Shown here piece by piece: positions 1-12,060 of a stretch of DNA of 64,000 bases. The first letter of the stretch is position 1; the number at the start of each line of letters is the position of its first letter. Below the pieces are notes generated by a model. The model did not search any database, had not been told where the DNA came from, and saw only the letters and a list, made by a program, of their open reading frames with translations. A program made the position numbers and the translations under genes. Source of the DNA: Felis catus (taxonomy: Eukaryota); NCBI RefSeq assembly GCF_018350175.1, contig NC_058368.1:208260001-208324000 (forward strand). Direction: 5' to 3'.

Positions 1-352
1 CGTGCTCAGAGCACTTACATTAGCCCACAGGAGAGCAGAATCATCCAAAACAAACCTTAACGTAAAGTGTTGAGTGTCTCGTGTAACTTACTGAATACCA
101 TACTGAAAGTGAGAAACACAATAGTTGTATGGAAACAGAATGGTTGTAAGTGCTTTTGTGGTTCACCCTCCTGATGGCGTGGCTGAATGGGAGCTGCGGC
201 CACTGCCCTGCACTATGAGAGAGGATCGTATCACACATCGTAGCCTGGGAGAAGATAAAAACTCAAAATTCAAAGTATAGTTTCTCCTGAATGCACATTA
301 CTTTTGCACCACTGTAAAGTTGAAAAATCATTCAGTCAAACCATCTTATCTG
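1..352. mobile_element. Tigger-family (MER82-like) non-autonomous DNA transposon fragment
   Basis: Resembles the MER82 consensus as I recall it (aaaattcaaagtatagtttc..., gtaaagttgaaaaatcat...aaaccatc). Confidence 0.7.
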
Positions 353-599
353 CAGTGAACAGGGGAGGGGACTTTTGTCTAGGTTTTCCAAGAGCCCGAC
401 CTACATAGAAAGAGATCAAGTTTACTGTCCCCATAGAGCGCATTAGAGTGAAGCAGTGAGAAGCAGGGTCCATAATGGGGACTTTGCCACCAGGCCGGGT
501 GCAGAGAATCCAGCCCTGGCCTACTCACTAGAGATCTGCTTTTTTCCATCTTTTATTCCAAGTTCCTTACTTCTTTTACTTGCTCTGGATACATTGACT

Positions 600-1275
600 A
601 GTATAAGCTGATCATTAATGGCTCCACTTCTCTTGCAGTGATTGGTTTAGGGGTGGCCATGTGACCAATATTGTCCAATGAGATAGAGGAAATTTATCAG
701 GAGGATTCTAGGAAAGATTCTTTTCCTTTTAAAAAGAGTCAGATGTTGGGGTGCCTGGGTGGCTCAGCTGATGAAGCATCTGACTTCGGCTCAGGTCATG
801 ATCTCATGGTTCATGAGTTCGAGGCCCACGCTGGGCTCTGTGCTGACAGCTCAGAGCCTGGGGCCTGCTTTGGATTCTGTGTCTCCCTCTCTCTCCACCC
901 CTCCCCTACTCGAGCTCTGTCTCTCTCTCTCAATAATAAACATTAAAAAATAAAAACAAAAAAGGCACATGAAAAAAAAATGTTTACTTCCACTGGATAT
1001 TGCCCTGATTTATAGCCATCTTATGAGCATCTTATGGACAGCTGTCTTATAACCATGAAGGGCGGGGCCGTTGGGGAACTCGTTGAGGATAACAGGGCAG
1101 GAAGATGGAAGAGACTTACTCTTTGATGATGCAGTTGAATCGCTGACTTAACCAACCCCGGAACCAGTCTAAGTCTGGACCGCTTGTTATGTGATGTGAT
1201 AAATGCCCTTCATTTTTCAGACATTTTGAGCTGAGTCTTCTGTTACTTGCAGCCAAAGGCATCTGACTGAAACAG
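600..1275 (+). mobile_element. Ancient ERVL/MaLR-type solo LTR interrupted by a SINE
   Basis: Motifs gtgattggtttaggggtggccatgtgacc and a terminal ttacttgcagccaaaggcatctgactgaaaca. Confidence 0.55.
748..963 (+). mobile_element. CanSINE (SINEC_Fc-type)
   Basis: ggggtgcctgggtggctcag head, tRNA-like A/B boxes, (CT)n region, aataaacatt plus A tail. Confidence 0.92.
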
Positions 1276-2599
1276 ACCCTGGTCTTGACTTCCACTTGCA
1301 GCTTCACACACATCGCATATACATGCGTGTACACGCAATTGCTTTGGTTTGGGGCCCTGCACCTCCTCCTCTCACCAAACCCCTCTACTCCCCCAAACCA
1401 CCCGGTGCCTCTTACTAAGCACCAGGGTGCTCAAGACTTGGGCCCTCTTCACACTGCCTTGTTTTCTGGGGACTGAATGCCCTTCCGTTTTGGGGGGAGA
1501 AAGTGCTAAAGAAGGAAGAAGCTCTCTCTCGGCTGGGAATCCATATTTCCTAAGGCCCCATGCAAGGACAACCTAGATAAATACAACCTGGAATTAAAGA
1601 AATGAAGCAATGCCTGCCTGGTGTGTGTTTCGAGTTACCAGGGACATCCAATGCCACAAGAAAAGGTCTCGTTACTACTTCTGTCCCTTAAAAGCCCCCA
1701 GACTCCACCCTAAGAACTGGGTGCCTTTGGCTTAAAGCTTTGCCTTAGTCTGTTAAGACACAGTCAACCTGAAGATGAAGGAAAATTCTAGAATGATGGT
1801 GTTGGTGGCAGGGTTGGGGGGGGGTGGCACCCTATAAACTACAAAGAACCAGAGGAGGAAAAAGGAGAGAAGGGCAAACCAAAAGCACCAAAGATGCGTC
1901 TCACAAGGGCGAAGACTTGGCCTGGGCCAGCCTTTCCCTTGTCCTGTAAACATGCTCCAAACCAGGAGAATTGGACTGCAGACCAGTGCTGGAGCTCCTG
2001 CTGCCAGGGATTGAAAGCCACGGCTAGGACGTGGGCTTCTCCTTGTACCCACGTGAGAGCTGAGAAGCTGCTCCCTGAGTGGGCCAGAGCCTGCAGAGGA
2101 CAGAGGACCTTTGCTAAGGAAGATACAAAGCGGCACCTGCATTTGAAGACTGGCTGGCCGCGGGAACACTGGGGCGCTTGGGCTAATGGTTCCGGGCAGA
2201 ACCGCAGACTGTGGCCATAGGATAACGTGAAGCGAACTGTCCCTCCCGGGGACTCATACTCATAACCTTCTTGCTTCTCAAAGCCCGAGTATCGCAAATC
2301 CTGGAGCTGGGTAGTTTCTCTCTCCAGGCCCTTTGACCAGAAAGGGTCTGGGCTGTTTGTAATGGGGTTGTTCGAAGGGCAGCATTTTTCAAGTTTAGTT
2401 TGTTTTTTGTTTGTTTTGTTCTGGTTTCTATGTTTATGGTGTGTGTGTTCCGCACCCCCCCCCCCCCCCCCCCCGAGGCCACAGCAAAAAGGACTTCTTT
2501 GGGAGTTATCTTCCGGCAAGTAAGATAAGGAAAAGTCTGGGAAAGACTCCGAAATCTACCCCCACAGAGATGAGAATGGTGCCTGCTGTAACTTCTTAC

Positions 2600-2678
2600 C
2601 TCTTGAGGATGTCTGGATTGTCGTAGATCAGGTAACTGCGGCCGATAAACTGTGGAATCTCGATGGCTTCTGTGATCG
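2600..2678 (-). CDS. EGFLAM: EGFLAM exon (79 nt): start of LG3 ((A/T)[26 protein letters not shown])
   Basis: Acceptor tctcAG|CG and donor AG|gtaag; the next exon lies outside the window. Confidence 0.95.
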
Positions 2679-3209
2679 CTGAGACAGAACAGAAAATGGA
2701 GGTTACATGGAGTATGGCTCCCTTGACCCCAGCCCTCAACCACATGGCAGGAAAATACAAAGGAAGCCAGCTCCTGGAAATGGGACATTTAACAACCTGT
2801 CAGCCCCTTCCTCTTGGCTGCACATGCACTTGGCCAGGTTCAGAACTGCCTGTCGTGGCTGGGAGTTGGTGTCTCCCTGTGGTTGCCTCCCTGGGGCTGG
2901 CTGTCACTGCTATTGGCCTCAGCACTACTGAGAAGTCCTTGCAATATGTTGAAACTTGAACTGTGCCCAATTATTCTTGGAATCCAAAAAGCAGGTCCGG
3001 GGCCATGTGGGGAACAGCTGGGGATAACCCTAGATGCTCTCCAAGGGAGGCAGAGAAAACATTCTCCGAACAAAGCCCACCAGGACGGCATTGTTTGAAG
3101 CCAATCTGCCCCAGGACTCCTTCAGCCATGACCTCAAGAGATCGGTGAGGTGGGCAGGATAAGGTTTATGACTCTTTTTTTTTTTTTTTTTAACAAATCA
3201 CCTCCCAGT

Positions 3210-3400
3210 GTTACATTTCATAGGATCTTCACTACAATCCCATGAAGTAGCAGGGAGTATGAAGGAGGGTTGGTTATTCCCATTTTACAGAAGAGGAAAA
3301 TGACGCACAGAATCATCAAGGATTTGCCCAAGATCACACAGCTAAGACAGCAAAAGACCATAAGCCAATGGGTTCTCCCTAATTCTGGCCCTCAGCCCAC
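3210..3400 (-). mobile_element. MIR fragment
   Basis: Core tattcccattttacagaagaggaaaatga...ttgcccaagatcacacagcta. Confidence 0.7.
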
Positions 3401-3600
3401 TCAGCAAAAACTTTCCAGTATTTTAGAAGTACGTTTCCTTCTTTCTAATTTCTCATCACTTTGTTTTCCTTAGGAATCACCCGTTTCCACACAGTTAGCA
3501 ATATCTTTTCCTCTTTAGAAATGACAGTTTAAGGAAATTAACATGGAATGAATCTCATTTTCAAAGAAATGTGTATGAGATGAGAGACGAAAATCCAGCT

Positions 3601-3836
3601 TATTTTTTATTTAATTTTTTGCAATGTTTACTTTTGTGGGAGTGAGAGAGAGAGAGAGACAGAGACAGAGAATGAGCAGGGGAGGGTGAAGAGAGAGGGA
3701 GACACAGAATCCGAAGCAGGCTCCAGGCCCTGAGCTGTCAACACAGATCCCAACGTAGGGCTCGAACCCATGAACCGTGAGATCATGACCTGAGCTGAGG
3801 TCAGATGCTCAACCAACTGACCCACCCAAGTGCCCC
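3601..3836 (-). mobile_element. CanSINE (SINEC_Fc-type)
   Basis: Reverse complement of the SINE consensus with T tail and (GA)n. Confidence 0.92.
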
Positions 3837-3986
3837 TAAGGCAGCTTATAAAATGAGTTCTAGTTTCACAAAAATACGCAGTTGACACAAAGGAGACACT
3901 GAGCTGACTCTACACCCAGGAGAGGATGTGTGTAACTATCTGATACTATGAACAGTAGGAGAGTTGAAGCATAACTTCTTAAACAT

Positions 3987-3988
<2 letters not shown>

Positions 3989-4021
<33 letters not shown>
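3989..4021. repeat. (GA)n microsatellite
   Basis: Seen directly. Confidence 0.95.
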
Positions 4022-4023
<2 letters not shown>

Positions 4024-4359
4024 ACAGCAAACGCTCAAACCCGATGACATTGAGCCCCAATAGAAGGTCCTCTGTTGGCAAGTTCCCAAAATCTTTTCAT
4101 AAAAAATACAAAACAAAAAAAAAAAAGTAAGGAAGGAGGGAGAGAAGGAAGGAAGGGAGAAAACAAGAAAAGCAAAGGAAGAGAAGTGAAACGTTTAAGA
4201 TCGTTTCTGAGGGAACTATGAAGAAATTGGTCTATTGCTCTCTGGTGCAGCACAGCCCTGGACAGGGGGCAGCCAGCTGAGAGGGCCTATTAGAACCCAG
4301 AAAGGCTCTTGCCGTCCACACTTTGAGTCGCTTGTGGTCGGCCGCGGTGCAGAGGGACA

Positions 4360-4727
4360 CCATCCTCCTGACAACCCTCAGGAAGTCAGTAGGAGCGTGA
4401 CGCCTTCCACCTCACTCATCTCGTCACACAGGCATTTTATCATTTCATAGCATCACGGGGTGGGGACAGTCCAATAAGATATTTTGAGGGAGAGACCACA
4501 GTCACGTAACTCTTATTACGTGTGTTGTTACATGTATGTTCTATTTTATTATTAGTTATTGTTGCTAACCTCTTACTGTGCCTAATGTAGACATTAAACT
4601 TTATCGTAGGTAAGTGCTTACAGGAAAAAACATAGAATATATAGGATTCTGTACTGTCCGTGGTTTCAGGCATCCACTGGGGGGTCTTGGAACGTTTCCC
4701 CCACAGATAAGCGGGGGGCTATTGTAG
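4360..4727. mobile_element. Tigger2/MER2-like DNA transposon end
   Basis: Terminal ggtttcaggcatccactggggggtcttggaacgtttccccc...ctattgta is typical of the Tigger2 family. Confidence 0.75.
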
Positions 4728-5632
4728 CTTAAAATTCTGGTCGCACCACCAGCCTCTCTCCCTTCTGGTTAAAGTGCGTAGGAGGAAGAGGGGAAGAAAA
4801 GGAGGGGAAATAGAGGAAAAAAGAGTGGGGTGCAAAACAGCACAAGTTGAGTAGAAAAACAAATGGGAAGAAGGAAAGAGAAGGGAAAAGGTTCGAAAAG
4901 AAAACGATAAGGAAGGAAGGGAGATGGTGTGAAAAGAAAGGAGAGCCAGGTGGACAGGCAGCCTTCAGGTGGGGAAAGAAATCAGGGCAGGAAAGCCAGG
5001 CAGGGAGAGAAGGACCCAGAAGAACAGAAGCGGAAATGAGAGGGCAACAGTGGATGAGGTAAAAGGGGGCTTGCAGCTAGGAAGCGCGCCCCTACTATCA
5101 GGATACGAGTGCCCAGAAGGAAAAGGGAGAGGCTATCCAAGCTGACGAGTCCTCGTTCCCAGAGCTAAACATAGCCAAGGCTCCCCTACTGGGCTTGGCT
5201 CACCCCCAGGGAGAGAGGCACAGGCAGGGCCCATCCCTGCTGTTACTGGCCACGGACACGGGCCTGTGGCCAAGATCCATCGTTCCCCTGGACTCCTTGA
5301 AATGGTCAGGATGTTCTTGTCACGTGTCATCAGCTCTGCACACGGAGAGCCTCAAAGGGGTCCGTGTGAGCCCAGTCCGGCTGCCTGCTAAGCCCCCTGG
5401 CTCTGGGGCTCAGGCTCCTCCTGAGACAAGCTGGGAGACCAGCGCATTCTCAGGGCTGGTGGTTTTAGAGGGAGGATTCCCACTACCCTGGTAGAGTGTC
5501 CGAGGCCCTCACCATTTCCCCGGATCCCTCTGCATGTGGTCGGCCCGTGCTGTGCCCGTGGCCTGGCCAGAACTCTCCCAGGCACGAACCCGGGGTGCTT
5601 TCCCAGTGTCTCGTGGAACGTACTGTACTTAC

Positions 5633-5656
5633 TATTGAGGCAGTAGTTCCCACACT
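5633..5656 (-). CDS. EGFLAM: EGFLAM 24-nt cassette microexon (E)CGNYCLN(T) between EGF3 and LG3
   Basis: ctggcAG|AGTGTGGGAACTACTGCCTCAATA|gtaagt; symmetric phase 1-1; matches the 8-aa insert I recall in the long human pikachurin isoform. Confidence 0.9.
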
Positions 5657-7949
5657 CTGCCAGGTGCCAGCATGGAACAGAATAGGGAAAGTCAGAATTC
5701 CACAGTCATTATAAAATCCCAATTCTCTTGGTTGCAGATCCCTGAAAACCAGCCTTGTTTCCCTCATAGATCCCTGCAGAGGGCCCAGCTCACCCTCCTA
5801 GGGGAATGTGAGTAAGAATCCCAAAGGGACCACTGGGATCTTTCTCAGCAGGATTACACCAAGTCACAGACTCATCTCCCTAAGTCTTCACTGAACAGTG
5901 GGGGTGGGGATGGCTGGGCAAAGAAGAGATTTAAGTAAGTTGTCTGACACTTCCGAGGCTCCCCTGACCTTCAACCAACAATCCCCATTTATTCTAAACC
6001 TGCAGAAGTAGTTCTTTGCTAAAGAGTCACTTACCTTGTCCATGATTATTACTTTTCTTGCCTCTAGACTACATGTGAAAGAGGAAAAGACGAAAAGAGC
6101 TGCCTCTTTTCTCTCTGTAGTGGAAAAATACCACCCCAATTCCCACCTTCACCTCCCCTTTGGAAGATCCAAGAACGCTGCTTATTTTGTGATTAACAAA
6201 CGTCAGGGGGATGCTCCAGAAATGACATGACTGAGTACAAAATGGAGAAAATGTACTCACTGTAGGCAGTACATATGGAGAAATATTAATTCCATACTAA
6301 AACATTAGGGCCAGAAATGACCATCTTGGCCCTTTCTGGCCCTTGTGGTTTATTTAAATATTGTAAACACGACGATATTTTATCCTAATCTAATTTTTTT
6401 CTACATGGTCTTTTTTTCTGCGGCAACTACACTAGTCGACAAATATTTTTGTCACGTCTTTCCATTTATACCCAGAAGCTTGTGCCATCTGCTGACACAC
6501 AAAAAAAATACCCCAATGAATAGCAGCATCCAAGCCAGGCAAAGCGAATTTTCCACTTGAGGGACCTGAAATTCCCAAAAGACTCTAAAGAGTTTGACGG
6601 GAGTGCTGGCTCTCTCACAGGACCACAGCAGAGGAAGGCCCTGGGGGGGTGTGATCTGACTTTCCCAACACCATCCCGATGGTGGCAACTCCCTCATCCA
6701 CAGGGCAGCTCCATCCCTTGCTGGAAAGTTCTACTTGGTACAGAATTCTTGGTTACATGACGCCTACTCTGTAGGCACAGAGTGAACAACAACAGAATAC
6801 CTTTTTCTTTATGACCAGCTGTCAAGGATCTCGAGAGCAACATCTAGGCCGACCACCCCCACGTTTCCATTGTTTAATGATACAGCATCCCAAGGGGAAA
6901 AACTTCCCTGTATTATGCATAATTAATATATTTTTTTAATCTGTGGTTCTATATACTGAGTTTTTATATATTATGGCCTATATTTACTGAAACTGTTTTT
7001 TCATACACTGGGACCAAATAAATAAATAACAAAATCATCTAAATCAGACCCAGCAATACGCTGTCCATTTGCTAAATACAATATATAATGTTCAAAATGT
7101 TGCATTTGTGGTGTATCTGTAATGATGAGGCAAGACCCTATCTTTTAGGACTGCGCTTCCCTGACAAATATGTGACCAAACCGGTTTGGCTGTCAGTGGT
7201 GAGTGGGGTACAGCCCACCTGCTACAGAGGAACACCCCCATCTAGTGGCCTGCAGGGTCCTGCACGATCTGAGCCCAAGCTTCTCGGCAATGCAGGGAAG
7301 GGAAGGGAGGACCAGGGCTGGGTTCTTTCCCAGGTGGCCTGTGTGCCCTTGGCTGGGAGAAGCCCAGGAGGAAGAAGCTGCACCCTGTACCCTTGTCGTA
7401 GGCACTCGAATCATTGCCAAGGCCCCGAGAAGTCCCGCAGAAGAGAGAGCTGTTTAATTGTGGTTGCTCAGGATTACCCAAGCTTATTTGACCACGGAAC
7501 CCCACTGCCATTTTGTGTATGTGATTGTGTGTCTGCCTGTGTGTCTGTGTGTGTGTGTCCTCAAAGCAGTCATTAATATTTGTTAGAACCTAATTTTTTA
7601 CACGAGCCTTGTGAAACTCTGCTTTAACTTGCTGGTCACTTACTTAGATACAGGAACTCTGAGGGACTGGACACAAGATGGGTAAATCTGGATGAGAGTA
7701 GAGAGAACAGAAATCCCTTAGGATGGGGCATACATTATATGAGGAGGGAGGACTTGGTGATGCCCCTCTGGTGAAATGAGAAGGGGGTCTCAGTATTGGG
7801 GTGCTATATGGGATGCCTAAATTTGAGGTGGCAGGAGGCATCTAAGAGTGAGAGCCCCCAAATGGAAGGTGAGAGAATCACCAAAGTCAGGCCTTATGGT
7901 TTTTGTAGGCACCTGAAGTTAGAAGCAGGCTGGGGGTTAGAACTTCTGG

Positions 7950-8441
7950 TACATATATACAATGGAATACTACCCGGCAATGAAAAAGAATGAAATCTTG
8001 CCATTGGCAGCAACGTGGATAGAACTGGAGGGTATTACGCTAAGTGAAATAAGTCAGTCAGAGAAAGACAGATATCATATGTTCTCACCCATATGTGGAA
8101 TTTGAGAAACTTAACATTAAGACCATGGGGGAAGGGAAAAAAACAAACAAACAAACAAAAACCTTACAAATGGAGAGGGAGCCAAACCATAAGAGACTCT
8201 TAAATACAGAGAAAAAACTGAGGGTTGGGGGTGGGGGTAGAGAGAGGGGAAAATGGGTGATGGGCATTGAGGAGGGCACTCGTTCGGACGAGCACTGGGT
8301 GTTGTATATGAGCGATGAATCATGGGAATCTACCTCCAAAATCAAGAGCACACTGTATACTCTGTATGTTAGCTAACTCGACAAAAATATATACATTTTA
8401 AAAATTTTAATAAAATCAAATAAAAATTATTTGGGGGGGGA
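7950..8441 (+). mobile_element. 5'-truncated carnivore/felid L1 3' end with target-site duplication
   Basis: ORF2 C-terminus and 3'UTR motifs (aatggaatactac, gaaatcttgccatt, ctaagtgaaataagtcag); TSD agaacttctgg at 7939-7949 and 8442-8452. Confidence 0.9.
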
Positions 8442-10860
8442 AGAACTTCTGGCTTCTCCTGTCCTGGTGGGTTCCCCACGTTGGGCTGGAGAGGCTCAGG
8501 TTTCTGTAGCTCCTGGCGCTGCGGGGAGCCTGCTGTGCCCTGGGAGCAGCCAGGAGCTCAGCGGGAGCCCGATCCCTACTTCCGTCTGGGCTCAGCCTTG
8601 CAAGAACAGAGGGGGAGGTCCCCAAACCATAGCGATGGTCTGAGTGTCTAGCACCACTCCAGGATTCGTGTGAGTTTCTGGCTCCAGTCCTCCTGTGCCA
8701 CCAAGTGGTGAGGACGAGTGTCCATCTCCCAGCGAGGGCCCTCGTGGAAACCGCCTGCCTGCCACAAACTCCCTGACCGGGTTGGAGAAAACTAGACTCA
8801 CGAGGATCCCCAAAACGAAATTCCTGAAGGAGGTGGTATGGACTGAATGAGGTCAGATGCTGGTGACGTCTGCAATATGTCGCTCGATGTAAAAGGACCG
8901 GTTTAACTTCTGGAGGGGATACTATGAATAGGTTTTTGCTTTTGAAACATTGTCAGGGAGGGGGGAAAATTTAAACTTTTAACTTATGAAGCTAGGGATC
9001 ACCTTGCTGGATTTGACAAGACTGTCTCCTGTCTACTTGTCAAGATTCATCCTGACAACCAAGGATGGCTTCTAAGTATTCTTGGTCTCCCCAACTAAGA
9101 ATCCACCCAACTTTTAGAATGTTCTTATGCATTTCTACGGAGGAGTGTAGCTGCCTCTCTCTCTCCCCTCTCTTTCCCATCCTTACTCAGGACTAGACGC
9201 TCACCCCAATGAGTCTGTATGACAACTGCATACCACTGGGTGCCTGCTGGGGCCTGGAAGAAAATTGTCCTTAACAGCCTAACCTGTGCCCAGGCGCATT
9301 AATCCTCTCAAGCCACATGATGGGAGAAGACATGATACAGGCCATGCTCCCCATGTATAAATCTTCCTAGGGCTGGCAACAGCTGCCATTCTGCCAGGAG
9401 CATTATCTTTATTTCAAAGCATAAAAAAAAATACTGAGACAACACAAGGGGAGCTCATAGTCTGCCTGGGTTTTACTCTTGACTCTAGCCTAGCACGTTG
9501 CAGAAAAAGAGGCCTAAACGTCCCCTCAGGTTCCCCCGGCTGCTGTCCATTCCCTTGGATCTTGCCAGGAGGCCCAGGCCCTGCATGGAGATCTGACTCC
9601 TCATTCCGGTGAGATGTGTTTCTCACTGAACCAGAACCTACAGTTACGAAGCTATAAATGTGAGCGCTTTGCACCTGTCATGGCTGATATTCTACAGCGG
9701 GCAAGGAGGGTTAACAAGATCACAAATTATCCCGTCCTTCTTCCTTTCGTTCTCAGAGCTGCATGTTCATTTAGGCCTGGACTTTATATATTGACCATTA
9801 ATGTTAGCATTTAAGGCAGGAGCAAACCTGAATTGCCTGTGGTAAAATTGGAGACCCAGGAAATTCAAACACTAATGTGTAAAATCCAAACTCAATTTTC
9901 TGAATGAATGGGCTACTCTCGAACTAAATCTCTGCAAGTACCCACTATTAGCTAAACAACGATTTGCTTGTTAGAATTATAATCAGGATCTTTCAGAAAT
10001 GGATCAATTACTCTTCTTTGGAGGTTCACCGCTAGGGTGAGCTATGTTAATAAATATATTTCATATAATTTGCCAGGCAGTTTTCAGAATTCATTTAAAT
10101 ATAATACTACTCAGGCTTCCAGCCAGCAAATTAGCATTCATATTTCCCAAGACTGTTGCAAAACAACTTCTCCTAGCATTCCATATACCGCAATATCTAC
10201 CTGTAACTTAACAGTCTTTCCCTAAGCCTTAATTCTGATAAAGATCGGGAACCTGGAAATAAACAGGAAAGAGAGAGAGCACATCCCTTCACTGAGGCTG
10301 CCCCCTGCCTTATTTCCTTTGGCCTGTCTACCTTTTTTTATTAGTTCCCAGACAGGTGAGATCATACTGATGTTGGAAACAAGAAGATCCATATGGCCCA
10401 ATATGATAACCATATGCTGGCAGGCCTCTTCTAGATAACAGATCCGTGGCCTCTGCCTCCCTGGGGCAGATGTGAAAATCTCAGTCCAGCAGGGACTCAC
10501 CACCTGTGACTTGCTCTAGCTTTCAGACAACGGAAGGTAGGGAGCTGAGTAGCTCACCGCACCTGTAGTGCATTTTATTTTTCTCCCCAGTAACAACATG
10601 GCTAGTCCTGGTTGAGTACTTACCAGGCATTGTCTCCGCAATATGCATTGTCTCATGTGGACTAAATGAGGACACTACTGTGTTAGACACTATTGCCTGG
10701 TTATTCCCATTTTACAGATGAGAAACTGAGGCACAGAGGAAACAGCATGAAAAACAGCACTTTACAGAAGGCTATTTGTACTTGTAGTTTGAAGCAACCT
10801 ATTTAGGATTTATACATTTCTGTATTTGGCGCGATTTCTCAGCCACATACAGAACACTTT

Positions 10861-11074
10861 TTTTTTTTAACCTTTTTTTAATGTTTATTTATTTTTGAGA
10901 GAGAGAGACAGAGCATGAGAGGGAGAGGAGCAGAGAGAGAGGGAGACACAGAACCGGAAGCAGGCTCCAGGCTCTGAGCTGTCAGCACGGAGCCCGAGCG
11001 GGGTTCGAACTCACAAACCGTGAGATAATGACCTGAGCCGAAGCCGGAAGCTCAACCGACTACCCAGGTGCCCC
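10861..11074 (-). mobile_element. CanSINE (SINEC_Fc-type)
   Basis: Consensus match; TSD agaacacttt on both sides. Confidence 0.93.
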
Positions 11075-11442
11075 TAGAACACTTTATAGCGTTCGCAGGA
11101 AGGGGTCAAAATAGTTACCAGCCTATAAAGTCTCCACCTATGAGGACAGGCATGGCTCAGGTGCAGGGGTCCTGGGAACCCCCCTACACTATGATGTAAC
11201 CTTTTGGTGGCTAGACCCTGAGGGGATTCTCAGGAAAGAAGCCATTTACCTACTGTTACAGAGGCATTTCAGCATTTCAATTCTTGTTTAATGTAACAAT
11301 TAACCATCTCATATGCTATTGAATACGTTACTGAAATCAGTGATAAAAACCACTGGCACGGCTGTCCCCGGGTTGCCAGATCCTTCTGGAAAGTCGGTCC
11401 CCTCTGCTCCCTGGTGCAGCGCCTGCGCCCCACCCCGTGTAC

Positions 11443-11623
11443 CTTTCTGGCAGTGGAGCCCCTCGAAGCCCAGGGGGCAGTCACACTCATAGCTGTCCTT
11501 CCTGGGCCGGCAGCTGCCCCCGTGCGTGCAGGGGGCCCCCACGCAGGGGTGGGCTGCGTTGTCCACGTTCACGCCCCGCGTGAAGTCGTGCTTCACGTGA
11601 ATGGTTCGGTCGTTCAGGATGAT
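11443..11623 (-). CDS. EGFLAM: EGFLAM exon (~exon 17, 181 nt): end of LG2 and EGF-like 3 ([14 protein letters not shown]...[14 protein letters not shown])
   Basis: Acceptor cgaAG|ATC and donor AAAG|gtaca; six-Cys EGF pattern. Confidence 0.96.
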
Positions 11624-11880
11624 CTTCGGGAGAAAATGTAAACACAGAAAACATCTTTGCAGTCTGCTAAAGCTTCCCTCAGCCTGTTAACCTCAGCTAC
11701 ATGTGATGGGGGAGCTTTCATAAAAGAGAAAGTGTCTGGTTCCTGTTTTTACCGCCCAGTAAGTGATGCAGGCACTGAAGTGATGCTCTGTGGCCCTTGG
11801 GAGAATCTGCAGAGAGTAAAGCATCCTCTGGTCCTGGAAGATTCCGGGAGGTCGTAAAGAAGTCTCAATAAATACAAAAT

Positions 11881-12060
11881 TAAGGTTCTCAACCTGGCTG
11901 CCTGTTAGAATCGCCTGGGGGACTTTAAGAAATACACTAATGCCCCAGGTCTCACCCAGATCAATGGAATCAGAAGCTCTGAGGGCAGGATCCAGTCAAC
12001 AGTAACTTTTAAAAGCTTCCCAGGTGATTCTAAAATGCAGCCAAGGTTGAGAGGTGCTGC
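11881..12060. mobile_element. MER5A-like hAT-Charlie MITE
   Basis: Inverted ends ttctcaacctggctgc...tagaatcgcctggg / cccaggtgattcta...gcagccaaggttgaga. Confidence 0.8.

Noticed and set aside
748..830. tRNA-like A/B boxes at SINE heads
   Set aside because: They belong to tRNA-derived SINEs; no standalone tRNA gene seen
671..953. Recurring ORFs like LTSAQVMISRFMSSSP...LEPASDSVSPSLS (also at 3628, 17805, 49705, 61657, 62727)
   Set aside because: These are CanSINE translations, not a gene family
1753..2788. Overlapping ORFs of 108-226 aa
   Set aside because: They span low-complexity tracts and read the real 79-nt exon in the wrong frame; no protein similarity recognised
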